A stretch of DNA of 62,752 nucleotides from an uncultured Desulfomonile sp. (GTDB lineage Bacteria > Desulfobacterota > Desulfomonilia > Desulfomonilales > Desulfomonilaceae): the NCBI GenBank assembly GCA_964401595.1, contig CAYNZA010000003.1, positions 1 through 62,752 of the forward strand, given 5' to 3'. Below the pieces are notes generated by a model. The model searched no databases and was not told the origin of the DNA. It worked only from the letters and a program-made list of their open reading frames with translations. How positions within the stretch are numbered: position 1 is the first letter of the stretch; the number at the start of each line of letters is the position of its first letter. Of this stretch, positions 47,851 through 58,947 are shown piece by piece. The position numbers and the translations under genes were made by a program.

Positions 47851-49131
47851 ATGCTTCAACGCTTATCGAACTCGTCATGTAGGCTTGTGCTGGTTGCCTT
47901 GTTTTTCGTGTTCTTTTGTTTCGGCGCGGGTGTCAGCTCAAGTTTTGCTCAGGAAAAAGTAATAAAGATAGGAACCCTGTTTCCTCTGACCGGTCCGGTC
48001 GCAACAGCTGGGCAGAGGTGTCAGGCGGCTGTCCAGACAGCGGCCGATATCATCAACAACAAACTCCCTGATATAAAAGTTCCTCTTGCCGACCAGGAAG
48101 GCATTCTCGGTGGCCACAAGATAGTCCTGGTTCACGCCGACAGTCAGGGTAAACCGGATGTCGGTAAATCCGAAGCTGAACGCCTTTTCAATCAGGAAGG
48201 TGTGTGGGCGATCATCGGATCATACAATAGCGCTGTGACAAAGCCGGCTAGTTTGGTGGCTGAGCGCATGAACCGCATTTTTATGTGTGGCGCTTCGAGT
48301 TCTGCCGCTTTAACCCAGCGGGACATGAACTTTTTCTTCAGGCTGGCGCCGACTGATGAAACCGAATCTGTCGAATTTGTAGAACTTCTGAAGTGGCTAA
48401 ACCAGAAGAAAGACGCCAAAATTCAGACTCTGGGCCTCATTTATGAAAATAGTGAATTTGGCAAACATGCCGCAGGTGAGGCCAAGAAAGCGGCCGCCGC
48501 TGCCGGACTCAAGGTTGTAGCTGATGTCCCGTTCAGTCCGGGGGCGACAAATCTGAACAGCGAAGTCCAAACCCTAAAGAATAGCAATCCGGATGCCGTT
48601 TTTGGAGCGGTTCTGGGGGCAGACTATTCTCTCTGGATTCGAACCATGAAGCAGATGGCATGGGTTCCCAAAATTGCCATCAGCTACTGCTCAGGATACC
48701 AGGATCCCGTTATTGCAAAACAACTCGGTCCGGACGCAGATTTTTTCATGGGCTCAACAGCCTATTCTCCACAGTTTGCAGTGCTGATGCCCGCAGTTGG
48801 TGATGTGGAAAAGATTTTCAAGACCAAAACCGGCGGAGTTCCTTTTGACGGTGACAGCATTCAGGAAGCGGTTGCAATGCTGGTGTTAGCTCAGGCAATA
48901 GAAAAAACGGGTTCTCTGGACGCAGAAAAAGTGGCAGAAACCTTACACAAAAACACATGGGATTCTCCTCTTTCCCTTGGAGGCAAAGTGGCTTTCGTCA
49001 AGGGAGGACAGAATGCCAAAGCTCACAGCGTGGTGACACAACTTCAGGGTGGAGAATACAAACGAATATTCCCCGAAGATATGGCTGACACTCAAATAGT
49101 GTTCCCAATGAAGCCCTGGAACCAGAGATAA
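47851..49131 (+). CDS. Liv-type (type-I) periplasmic substrate-binding protein of unknown ligand
   Basis: It has a signal peptide (LVLVALFFVFFCFGAGVSSSFA), IKIGTLFPLTGPVATAG and AIIGSYNSAV. The RBS is AAGGAG. Confidence 0.8.
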   Translation: MLQRLSNSSCRLVLVALFFVFFCFGAGVSSSFAQEKVIKIGTLFPLTGPVATAGQRCQAAVQTAADIINNKLPDIKVPLADQEGILGGHKIVLVHADSQGKPDVGKSEAERLFNQEGVWAIIGSYNSAVTKPASLVAERMNRIFMCGASSSAALTQRDMNFFFRLAPTDETESVEFVELLKWLNQKKDAKIQTLGLIYENSEFGKHAAGEAKKAAAAAGLKVVADVPFSPGATNLNSEVQTLKNSNPDAVFGAVLGADYSLWIRTMKQMAWVPKIAISYCSGYQDPVIAKQLGPDADFFMGSTAYSPQFAVLMPAVGDVEKIFKTKTGGVPFDGDSIQEAVAMLVLAQAIEKTGSLDAEKVAETLHKNTWDSPLSLGGKVAFVKGGQNAKAHSVVTQLQGGEYKRIFPEDMADTQIVFPMKPWNQR

Positions 49132-49246
49132 TTCAATCATCTGCCGTTTCCGTGCTTTTCAGTGAACTGATCATTATTGGGCGAGGCGGCCACAACAAAG
49201 GCGCCTTGCTCCAAGCATTCCGGGCTCTTGGAAGGTCTTGCGTTAA

Positions 49247-50107
49247 ATGGAAACATTCATTCAGGTGCTTATTGACGGCATACTCAGCGGGTTGGTTTAC
49301 GCCTTGGTAGCGGCGGGGCTTTGCCTGATCTGGGGAGTGATGGATGTCATAAATTTCGCCCATGGCGAATACCTGATGGTTGCAATGTATGTGAGTTATT
49401 GGCTGGGATTTCTTGCCAACGTGGACCCACTTCTGTCAATAGTCGCCTCTGGAACTTTCATCTTCATACTGGGCGTTCTCACCTACAAGCTGATCATAAG
49501 GTTCACTATCGGAAAACCGGGATTGGTAGCTTTACTTGCGACATTCGGTCTTGCTGTTTTTCTGAAGAACCTGAGCATGAATCAGTTTACCCCCAATTTT
49601 CGAATTCTTTCAGATACCTGGCTTAGTGGCAAGACCATCCATTTAGGTAATCTGATAATAGCCGTCCCGCAGTTGACTGCCGGGATTCTAGCGCTGATAG
49701 TGGTGGCCCTGCTCTATTTCGTGGTGAATAACACCAAATTTGGATGGGCAGTCCAGGCCACCGCAATGGACCGTGACGCCGCTGAACTGGTGGGGATAGA
49801 CACAGAGCGCATCTATGTCCTTGTTTTCGGGATTGGAGGAGCGTGTGTCGGCATTGCAGGTGGTATCATGCCTGCTTATCTGGCTGTGCATCCGGAAGTC
49901 GGTTCCATGTTTGGGCTAATTGCCTTCATCTGTGTCGCCATGGGTGGCTTTGGAAGCATTCCAGGCGCCTTTCTTTCGGGGATTCTGGTGGGTATGGTTG
50001 AAGCGCTTGCCGGTTTCTACATTGCTCCTGTTTTTAAGTATGTGGCTGTGTTTGGTCTCTATCTGGGCGTAATATTGCTTAGGCCCAGAGGCATCTTTGG
50101 CTGGTAA
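49247..50107 (+). CDS. livH: Liv-type ABC permease (LivH type)
   Basis: It has the INFAHGEYLMVAMY motif, is polytopic and is 286 aa. Confidence 0.8.
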   Translation: METFIQVLIDGILSGLVYALVAAGLCLIWGVMDVINFAHGEYLMVAMYVSYWLGFLANVDPLLSIVASGTFIFILGVLTYKLIIRFTIGKPGLVALLATFGLAVFLKNLSMNQFTPNFRILSDTWLSGKTIHLGNLIIAVPQLTAGILALIVVALLYFVVNNTKFGWAVQATAMDRDAAELVGIDTERIYVLVFGIGGACVGIAGGIMPAYLAVHPEVGSMFGLIAFICVAMGGFGSIPGAFLSGILVGMVEALAGFYIAPVFKYVAVFGLYLGVILLRPRGIFGW

Positions 50108-51113
50108 TTACGTGCAGTTTAAAAACTTCAAAACACAAGATCTCGTGTGGCTCGGCCTGGTGGCTTTTTTGGTCCTGCTACCGTCTGTTCCGGGAATAGC
50201 CGGTGACTCATTCCGGCTGCACATTATCATTCTGATCCTGCTTTATGCCTCTATGTCTCAGGCCTGGAACATCATAGGCGGCTACTGCGGACAGGTTTCT
50301 TTCGGCCATTCGGTTTTTTTCGGAATAGGGGCATACGGCGCCGGGATGGCGGTTGTCACTTACGGCATTACCCCGTGGCCCGGGATAATGCTTGGGATGA
50401 TCCTCGCCGCTGTTGTTGCGGTTATCATCAGCTACCCGTGTTTCAAACTCAGCGGACACTATTTTGCCATTGCGACTTTCGCCATTGTGGAGATTTTCAA
50501 CCGTGTCTTTCTGGTCTGGGAGTGGGTAGGGGGCGCTTTGGGGCTGGATTATCCGACCACAGGTCAAGGCCTCGTCAACCTCATGTGGTACCATTCCAAA
50601 ATCGGTTATTACTATGCTGCTCTTGTTATTTTCGTGATCATTTTTGGTCTGGTCCGTTGGCTTGAAAGCCATCGCTTCGGATATTACATGAGGGCGGTTC
50701 GTGAGGGTCAGGAGACTGCTGAGTCTCTCGGGGTAAACAGCACGTCGGTAAAATTGACGGCCATGGCGGTCTCCGCGGCCATGGCGGCCTTATGCGGGGC
50801 ATTTTTTGCCCAGTACAATCTTCGGGTCGATCCACCAATGGTCATGTCCCTGGACATGTCCATGAAATTCGTTTTGATAACTATACTCGGGGGCGCAGGC
50901 ACACTGGTTGGTCCGCTTCTCGGAGCGTCGGTCCTGATTCCTTTGCAAGAATACAGCCGTGCTTTCTGGGGTGGTTTGGGAGGCGGAATTGACCTGATAA
51001 TTTTTGGTTTGCTCATAATACTAATGGTGGTGAAACAACCAGACGGACTCATCGGAATAATCAGGGACTTAAGGAAACTGGTTTCAAGAAAACGCAGCAG
51101 AGGGGAGAAGTAA
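50097..51113 (+). CDS. livM: Liv-type ABC permease (LivM type)
   Basis: It is a polytopic membrane protein in the operon position of LivM. The start is uncertain (TTG 50097 overlapping livH, or GTG 50112). Confidence 0.75.
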   Translation: MAGNYVQFKNFKTQDLVWLGLVAFLVLLPSVPGIAGDSFRLHIIILILLYASMSQAWNIIGGYCGQVSFGHSVFFGIGAYGAGMAVVTYGITPWPGIMLGMILAAVVAVIISYPCFKLSGHYFAIATFAIVEIFNRVFLVWEWVGGALGLDYPTTGQGLVNLMWYHSKIGYYYAALVIFVIIFGLVRWLESHRFGYYMRAVREGQETAESLGVNSTSVKLTAMAVSAAMAALCGAFFAQYNLRVDPPMVMSLDMSMKFVLITILGGAGTLVGPLLGASVLIPLQEYSRAFWGGLGGGIDLIIFGLLIILMVVKQPDGLIGIIRDLRKLVSRKRSRGEK

Positions 51114-51117
51114 AAAA

Positions 51118-51876
51118 ATGAATCTCCTTGATGTGCGCGAAGTGACGATGAAATTTGGTGAACTGGTGGCAAACCGTCGGGTCAGCTTTGCTGTGGAGAC
51201 TGGATCAATAGTAGGGTTGATAGGTCCTAACGGCGCCGGTAAAACAACACTTTTCAATTGTATTTCCGGCCTGTGCAAACCGACCGGAGGCAGCATTGTT
51301 TTCAACGGGGAGAACATTACGGGATTCAAACCGTACAAAATAGCCGCTAGAGGAGCTGTCAGGACGTTTCAGGTCGTGCGTCCTCTCAAGGAAATGACCG
51401 TTTTTGACAATGTCTTGGTGGGGGCCTTTCTTAAGTGCAGAGACAACAGGCATGCTTTCAAAAAGGCGGAAGAGTGTGTCAAGTTGTGCGGCCTGGAATT
51501 GGTCCAGGGGAAGTTGGCCGGTGAGTTGTCCATCGGGGGCAAGAAAAGACTTGAAATGGCCAGGGCTTTAGCGACCGGACCTCGTTTTCTAATGCTGGAT
51601 GAAGTCATGGCTGGTTTGACCTCGACAGAGGTCAGGGAATCAGTCCAGGTTCTGCAGAAACTGCGGCAGTCAGGGCTGACGCTTATGGTCGTGGAACATG
51701 TCCTGGACGCTATCATGCCAATAGCTGACAAAATAGTGGTGCTGGATGGAGGCGTCAAGATAGCTGAAGGTAAGCCGGAGGAGATCATCAGCGATGATAA
51801 TGTGATAGAGGCTTACCTGGGGGCAAAATACAGCCAGCGTTACAAACAGAAGAAGGAAGAGGTGTCTGTTGAGTGA
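51118..51876 (+). CDS. livG: Liv-type ABC ATP-binding protein (LivG type)
   Basis: It has Walker A GPNGAGKTT, the signature LSIGGKKRLEMARAL and Walker B FLMLDEVMAGL. Confidence 0.85.
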   Translation: MNLLDVREVTMKFGELVANRRVSFAVETGSIVGLIGPNGAGKTTLFNCISGLCKPTGGSIVFNGENITGFKPYKIAARGAVRTFQVVRPLKEMTVFDNVLVGAFLKCRDNRHAFKKAEECVKLCGLELVQGKLAGELSIGGKKRLEMARALATGPRFLMLDEVMAGLTSTEVRESVQVLQKLRQSGLTLMVVEHVLDAIMPIADKIVVLDGGVKIAEGKPEEIISDDNVIEAYLGAKYSQRYKQKKEEVSVE

Positions 51877-52585
51877 TCCTATTCTGACCGTCTCTGATTT
51901 GTACGCTGGCTATGATGGATTGCCGGTTGTTTATGGCGTTTCCCTGGAAATTTTGCCTGGTGAACTGGTCGCAATCGTAGGCGCAAACGGGGCAGGCAAG
52001 ACTACAACCATGCGTGCCGTAAGTGGTCTCATTCATCCCCTGCAGGGCAGGATCACTTTCATGGGACAGGACATATCGAAAAGGGCCGCCCACCAGATAT
52101 TGAAGCTTGGAGTCAGTTATGTTCCAGAGGGTAGACGAATATTCGGAAAACTTTCCGTCAGGAAAAACCTGTATCTCGGGGCCTACACGGAAACTTCTCA
52201 AGCGGAGGTGAAGCGTCGTCTGGATGAGCTATTTCATATCTTCCCGGTGCTGGGTTCTCGTGCAAATCAGATTGCCGAAACATTAAGCGGGGGCGAACAG
52301 CAAATGCTGGCAATCGCTCGCGGTCTCATATCCCGTCCCAAACTTCTGATGCTGGACGAAATGTCTCTGGGATTGATGCCTTCCATGGTCGAAAAAATGA
52401 TGGAGACCATCACTTCGATAAACAAATCCGGCGTCACCGTTCTTTTGGTGGAACAAATGGTTCAAGAGGCCCTGGAGATTGCGCACCGCGGATATGTAAT
52501 CCAGAACGGAAAAATCATTCAGTCAGGTTCGTCAAGCGAACTTCTGGATTCGGAACAAGTCCGCAAGGCATACCTCGGAATGTGA
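51869..52585 (+). CDS. livF: Liv-type ABC ATP-binding protein (LivF type)
   Basis: It has Walker A GANGAGKTT, the signature LSGGEQQMLAIARGL and Walker B LLMLDEMSLGL. It overlaps livG by 8 nt. Confidence 0.85.
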   Translation: MSDPILTVSDLYAGYDGLPVVYGVSLEILPGELVAIVGANGAGKTTTMRAVSGLIHPLQGRITFMGQDISKRAAHQILKLGVSYVPEGRRIFGKLSVRKNLYLGAYTETSQAEVKRRLDELFHIFPVLGSRANQIAETLSGGEQQMLAIARGLISRPKLLMLDEMSLGLMPSMVEKMMETITSINKSGVTVLLVEQMVQEALEIAHRGYVIQNGKIIQSGSSSELLDSEQVRKAYLGM

Positions 52586-52671
52586 TTTCAGGAGGTTCCG
52601 ATCATTTTTCAAATATGGGCGCCATAGAAAAGCCGATCCCCAAATCGAGTCCGGAGATCGGCCGATCCTGG

Positions 52672-54339
52672 TTATTTTGATTTTTGTCTCAATTCTACCC
52701 TGCGAATCTTTCCACTGACTGTTTTGGGTAATTCCTTCTCAAATTCAATTTCTCTGGGGTACTTGTAAGGTGCAGTAAGATTTTTTACGAAGTCCTGAAG
52801 TTCTTTTGCCAGTTCATCAGAAGGCTCAAAATCAGGTTTTAAGACGACAAAGGCCTTCACTATCTCTCCTCGAACCGGGTCAGGTTTTGCTACTACTGCG
52901 GACTCAAGTACGGCAGGATGTTCTATGAGGGCGCTCTCGACCTCGAACGGTCCAATTCTGTAGCCAGAGCTTATGATGACGTCGTCGGCTCTTCCCACAA
53001 ACCACAAGTAACCCTCTTCATCCTTGTAAGCCCTGTCTCCGGTGATATACCAGTCACCCCGGTAGGTGGCCCCGGTAGCGCTTGGATTTCCCCAATATTC
53101 CTTGAACAGGCCTATAGGTCTTTCCGGTTTAATCAGGACAGCGATGTCTCCCTCTTTGCCAGACGGCAATGAGGCGCCGTTTTCGTCAATTACCTCAATT
53201 GAAAACCCAGGAGCTGGTTTTCCCATTGAGCCGGGTTTCACAGGAGCGTCATCTACAGGGAAATTGCCTACTATCAATACAGTCTCAGTCTGACCATATC
53301 CATCACGAATCTGAAGTCCGGTCTGTTTTTTCCAAATGTCAATGACTTCCGGGTTCAATGGTTCTCCCGCCCCCACACAACTCCTGAGAGACTCCAGGTC
53401 GTATTTGGTAAGATCTTCCACCACCAGTAGCCTGTAGGCGGTTGGTGGAGCGCAAAAACTGGTTACATTGTAGCTTGACAGTAGCTCAAGAGTCAGATTG
53501 GCGCTGTATTTGCCCTTGGTGTTGTGGACAAAAATTGTCGCCCCGGTGATCAGTGGGCCGAACATGCTACTCCAGGCGGCCTTGGCCCAACCTGTGTCGG
53601 ACAGGTTCCAATGGAGATCCCCAGGACGTAAATCCAGCCAAAACCGCCCGGTGACGGTGTGGCCAATCGGATAACTATGGGAATGCAGGGTCATTTTTGG
53701 ATTACCCGTTGTTCCGCTTGTAAAATAAAGCAGCATCGGGTCATCTTTATGGGTTGTGACTTTGTCTTTGGCATCGATCACTTTGGCGGCTTTCGAGACG
53801 ACAGATTCGTAGTTGAGCCATCCATCCCTGTTTCCATCTACCAGTATTAGAGAATCAATGCCGGAAACACCTTTTATTGCGCCGTCGAATTTGGAGGCGT
53901 TATCCGAATCGGTGATCACACATTTTATGTGACTTGCCTCCAGGCGGTGCCGTATGTCTTTCTCCGTTAATTGTGTGGCGCCAGGAACAGCCACTATACC
54001 GGCCTTTATCATGCCGATCATGCTTTCCCACCATTCAGGAACCCGGGACATAACTATCATGACATGGTCGTTCTTTCTCAACCCAAGAGAATTGAGAGCA
54101 TTTGCAACCTGATTGGAACGGTCCCTGAAATCAGCGTAGCTGAGACGCCTATCCGGGGAATCGTCGCCCGCCCAAAGCATCATTTGTAAAGCGGGGTCTT
54201 CGGCGAACCTGTCGATTACATCAAATCCAAAATTGTAATATTCTGGACTCTCAGTTTTGTAGGCGCTGAATGTTTCCCCATAACTGCGCATGTTGTGATC
54301 AACCTTTCCGTTTTTACCTGGCATGAGCTTCTTCTCCAA
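52672..54339 (-). CDS. AMP-forming acyl-CoA synthetase (medium-chain / ACSM-like)
   Basis: It has the AMP-binding motifs LLYFTSGTTGNPKM, DGYGQTE, GDRAYKDEEGYLWFVGRADDVIISSGYRIGPFEVE and SGKIRR. Confidence 0.85.
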   Translation of the reverse strand: MEKKLMPGKNGKVDHNMRSYGETFSAYKTESPEYYNFGFDVIDRFAEDPALQMMLWAGDDSPDRRLSYADFRDRSNQVANALNSLGLRKNDHVMIVMSRVPEWWESMIGMIKAGIVAVPGATQLTEKDIRHRLEASHIKCVITDSDNASKFDGAIKGVSGIDSLILVDGNRDGWLNYESVVSKAAKVIDAKDKVTTHKDDPMLLYFTSGTTGNPKMTLHSHSYPIGHTVTGRFWLDLRPGDLHWNLSDTGWAKAAWSSMFGPLITGATIFVHNTKGKYSANLTLELLSSYNVTSFCAPPTAYRLLVVEDLTKYDLESLRSCVGAGEPLNPEVIDIWKKQTGLQIRDGYGQTETVLIVGNFPVDDAPVKPGSMGKPAPGFSIEVIDENGASLPSGKEGDIAVLIKPERPIGLFKEYWGNPSATGATYRGDWYITGDRAYKDEEGYLWFVGRADDVIISSGYRIGPFEVESALIEHPAVLESAVVAKPDPVRGEIVKAFVVLKPDFEPSDELAKELQDFVKNLTAPYKYPREIEFEKELPKTVSGKIRRVELRQKSK

Positions 54340-54633
54340 AAAATGATCATGAGCAATAAGCTAACCATGCTGTTTAAAGGGCTTGAATTTAGCATTTGCC
54401 CTATGGCGCAATCACTCTGTTAGTTAATATGTTAATATTTTAGGATAAGGTCAAATGTTTTCTTCATATTGAAGATCATGTTTCATGAATGAGAAAAGGT
54501 TGTTTACTCTGGACACATCGAGGGCCCTTATGCAATCATCACGGTAATTCGTGGACTTCCTGTCGTCCATGTTGACACTCATCGCACGGGCTGAAACAAA
54601 CGATTTTTGAAAACGGTGAACAAGGAAATCTCT

Positions 54634-56301
54634 ATGGAAAAAATATGGCTCAATTCTTATGCTCCCGGAGTTCCAGCGTCAATAGACTTTGAGGACATCC
54701 CCTTGCAGGCTGCGCTTTCCCGAACGGCTTCACGAACGCCAGATGACTCTGCGCTTGTCTTTCAGGGAAAGACCATAAAATACGGGGAACTGGATATATT
54801 GGTTTCACAATTCGCTTCTGCATTAATAAACATGGGAGTGAGAACGGGCGACCGGGTTGCGCTTCTCCTACCCAATCTTCCTCAAACAGTGGTGGGAATC
54901 TATGGGGCATTCCGGATCGGGGCGGTGGCCGTGCCGAATAATCCGTTGTACACCGACCGGGAACTTGAGCTTCAGTTTCGAGATTCCGGTTGTAAATGGG
55001 TAATCTGTCTGGATACGCTAGTCCCAAGAGTCCTGAAACTTAGGGGATCGACCGATATTCAGCATGTCATCTCATGTCACATTAACGAGTATCTGCCTTT
55101 TCCATTAAAACAGCTTTTCCCATACCTGAAAAAGAATTTGTACCTTGAAACAAGGGGTATGGAGGGCGTTCATGAATTCTCTACTCTCTTGAAAAACAAC
55201 CCGCCGGTCTCAGAGGACTATCCGTCTAAAATGGATGACACGGCGGTGATGATTTACACGGGTGGCACCACAGGGGTTTCCAAAGGGGTGGAACTGACCC
55301 ACAGGAACCTCACTGCAAATTGCCAGCAGGCATGCGCATGGACCACAGGAGTAATGGATGACAAAGAGACGGTCTTGGGATGTTTGCCGTTCTTTCATTC
55401 ATATGGTCTGACAGCAGCGATGAACATGTCCATTTATTATGGCTGGACAAACGTGCTCATTCCCAAACCGGAAGCTCTCGCAATCCTGAAGGCGGTTGAA
55501 AAATACAGGGTTACATTTATACCGGGCGTTCCCACACTGTTCAATGCTATGATAAATCACCCTCAAACCGGCAAATTCAATCTGAAATCAGTCAAGGCCT
55601 GTCTGTCTGCAGCGGCCCCATTGCCTCTCGAGATAATAAAAGGATTTCAGGCTGTTACCGGAATCCAGATCTCAGAAGCCTACGGTCTCACGGAAACCTC
55701 ACCATGCACTCACGCCATACCTTTTGGTGGAAAGGTTAAGCCCGGATGCATAGGACTGCCAATCCCGAATACTGAAGCCAAACTCGTGGATATTGAAGAC
55801 CCTTCGAAAGAGGTTCTTGAATTTGGCAAACCTGGTGAACTTTGTGTCAAAGGCCCTCAGGTCATGAAAGGCTATCACAACAGACCCAAGGAGAGTCAGG
55901 CCGCATTCAGGGACGGGTGGTTTTTCACAGGAGACATTGCTACGGCAGACGAAGAAGGCTACTTCACGATTGTTGATCGTAAGAAAGATATGATCATATC
56001 CGGAGGGTTCAACATCTACCCCAGGGAAGTGGACGAGGTGCTGTTTGCCCACCCCAAAGTCCTGGAGGCATGCGTCATCGGAGTGCCGGACAATCATTTC
56101 GGAGAGAGGGTAAAAGCCTACGTTGTCCTCAAGCCAGGCCAGACTGCTACCGAGCAGGAAATGATAGATTATTGCAAGGAGCGTATGGCTAATTACAAGA
56201 CTCCAAAATTTGTTGAGTTTATAGATCAACTCCCGAAAAGTGAAATAGGCAAAATCCTTCGAAAGGGGCTTGTCGAGCTGGAGAAAAAAAAGGAGCGTTG
56301 A
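54634..56301 (+). CDS. fadD: Long-chain-fatty-acid--CoA ligase (FadD-like)
   Basis: It has the motifs [60 protein letters not shown] and IGKILRK. AAGGA lies 7 nt upstream of ATG 54634; the listed ORF starts at TTG 54607. Confidence 0.85.
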   Translation: [555 protein letters not shown]

Positions 56302-56367
56302 TTTGCGCTAGGGACTTGAGCCTAAAAAGGTTTTCCAACGGCTTTCAGAGTTCATCACCATCATGAT

Positions 56368-56394
56368 GCCTGGCGTTTGTGCCAGGCTTTTTTT
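56368..56394 (+). terminator. Rho-independent terminator downstream of the fadD-like gene
   Basis: The stem is GCCTGGC (56368-56374) pairing with GCCAGGC (56381-56387), the loop is GTTTGT, and seven T follow. Confidence 0.75.
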
Positions 56395-56738
56395 ATGCTC
56401 TGATCGAAGGCCGTCTGTTGTATTGACACGACAAAGTTCGACTATCACCTATCCCTAATCACTCAAAAAATTTGAATATTCCGAACACGGAATGAATAAC
56501 ATCCTCAACCACTTCGCTGACCTGTTTTCAGTTTGTTCAGGCGAGAGTCAAGAATTTGCGAGCCTGAATCAACTGACGTCGACAATCCTGATTCACGTCA
56601 AAATTTAAATTCGTTTCTTATGGTCTATCTCCGAATAATTGAACGATCCTTTAGCGACATCTAATCCTGTCGGAATTAGTCGATTTTTCGCGACCCTCTC
56701 ATTTTTTTCCTTGAAGAGGTCTTGATCGAGTTGTAATA

Positions 56739-56751
56739 TTAGCAATGCTAA
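56739..56751. promoter_or_regulatory. Perfect palindrome TTAGCA-A-TGCTAA inside a candidate sigma-70 promoter (possible operator)
   Basis: The palindrome was read directly. It is flanked by a -35-like TTGTAA (56731-56736) and a -10-like TATATA (56753-56758) with a 16-nt spacer. It lies about 310 nt upstream of the small ORF and gdhA. Confidence 0.3.
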
Positions 56752-57069
56752 CTATATAGTTTTAAGGTTAGCGTGTCTTATGCCAAACCATTTTCCGTGA
56801 GGAGTGCGCCGTTAGGGTTCCATGTTTCGGGTAAATGTCTAACAGGCCGTTTTAAAGAGATAATATGACGTGAATGCTTCTGGATTTTTTGCTGGAATAG
56901 TATTGGGTTTCAACAAAATCGGCGTCAGTAGAATACGCCATTTTTTATGCTCACCTATGTCAGTAAAACTAAAACGAGCCATTTCTGATAAGTAGTGCTA
57001 AGATAGGTCACATTTCGTGATGTCTGTTTGTCTAAAAAATTTCCCTGGAGCTTAAAGAGGAGGCCAAAA

Positions 57070-57339
57070 ATGGTTTTTTTACTCACTGGAGAAACCTGGG
57101 TTCCGTCTGGGAATAGTCAGTTTAGGGTCGAGAAGTGGGTTCCACAGGAGACAGTTTTGTCATGGTCCGACAATGGAAGTGATCCTAACGGAGATTGGAG
57201 ATGGCGGGTTCCTCCCTACTATCGTCTCTTCAAACTGGATGGGACCGAACTGATGGACACACATGACTGGAACCACGTGGTTGGATTTCTTCAGGTGGTG
57301 CTGGGGGAGCAGGCGGTTCCTCGAGACTTCGAATTGTAA
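57070..57339 (+). CDS. Small Trp-rich hypothetical protein (89 aa) immediately upstream of gdhA
   Basis: A strong RBS AGAGGAGG (57056-57063) lies 6 nt before ATG 57070. The translation is MVFLLTGETWVPSGNSQFRVEKWVPQETVLSWSDNGSDPNGDWRWRVPPYYRLFKLDGTELMDTHDWNHVVGFLQ.... I do not recognise any family. Confidence 0.5.
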   Translation: MVFLLTGETWVPSGNSQFRVEKWVPQETVLSWSDNGSDPNGDWRWRVPPYYRLFKLDGTELMDTHDWNHVVGFLQVVLGEQAVPRDFEL

Positions 57340-58791
<1,452 letters not shown>

Positions 58792-58823
58792 TTTTCATAA
58801 ATCAACGGCGTTCCTGAAACATG

Positions 58824-58862
58824 CGAGGGTAAAATTGATTGAGATTTTATCCTCGTTTTTTT
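58824..58862 (+). terminator. Rho-independent terminator downstream of gdhA
   Basis: A 12-bp stem, CGAGGGTAAAAT pairing with ATTTTATCCTCG (one G-U pair), has the loop TGATTGAG and is followed by seven T. Confidence 0.7.
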
Positions 58863-58947
58863 CATTTGTTTTATGGTCTACATTACGAACTTTTGCGTGC
58901 AAGCCAGAAAACAGATTCAATTTAAGGCACTAATTTTGTTGAGAGTC

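Noticed and set aside
55699-56229. 176-aa minus-strand ORF
   Set aside because: It is antisense to the fadD-like gene and has no motifs.
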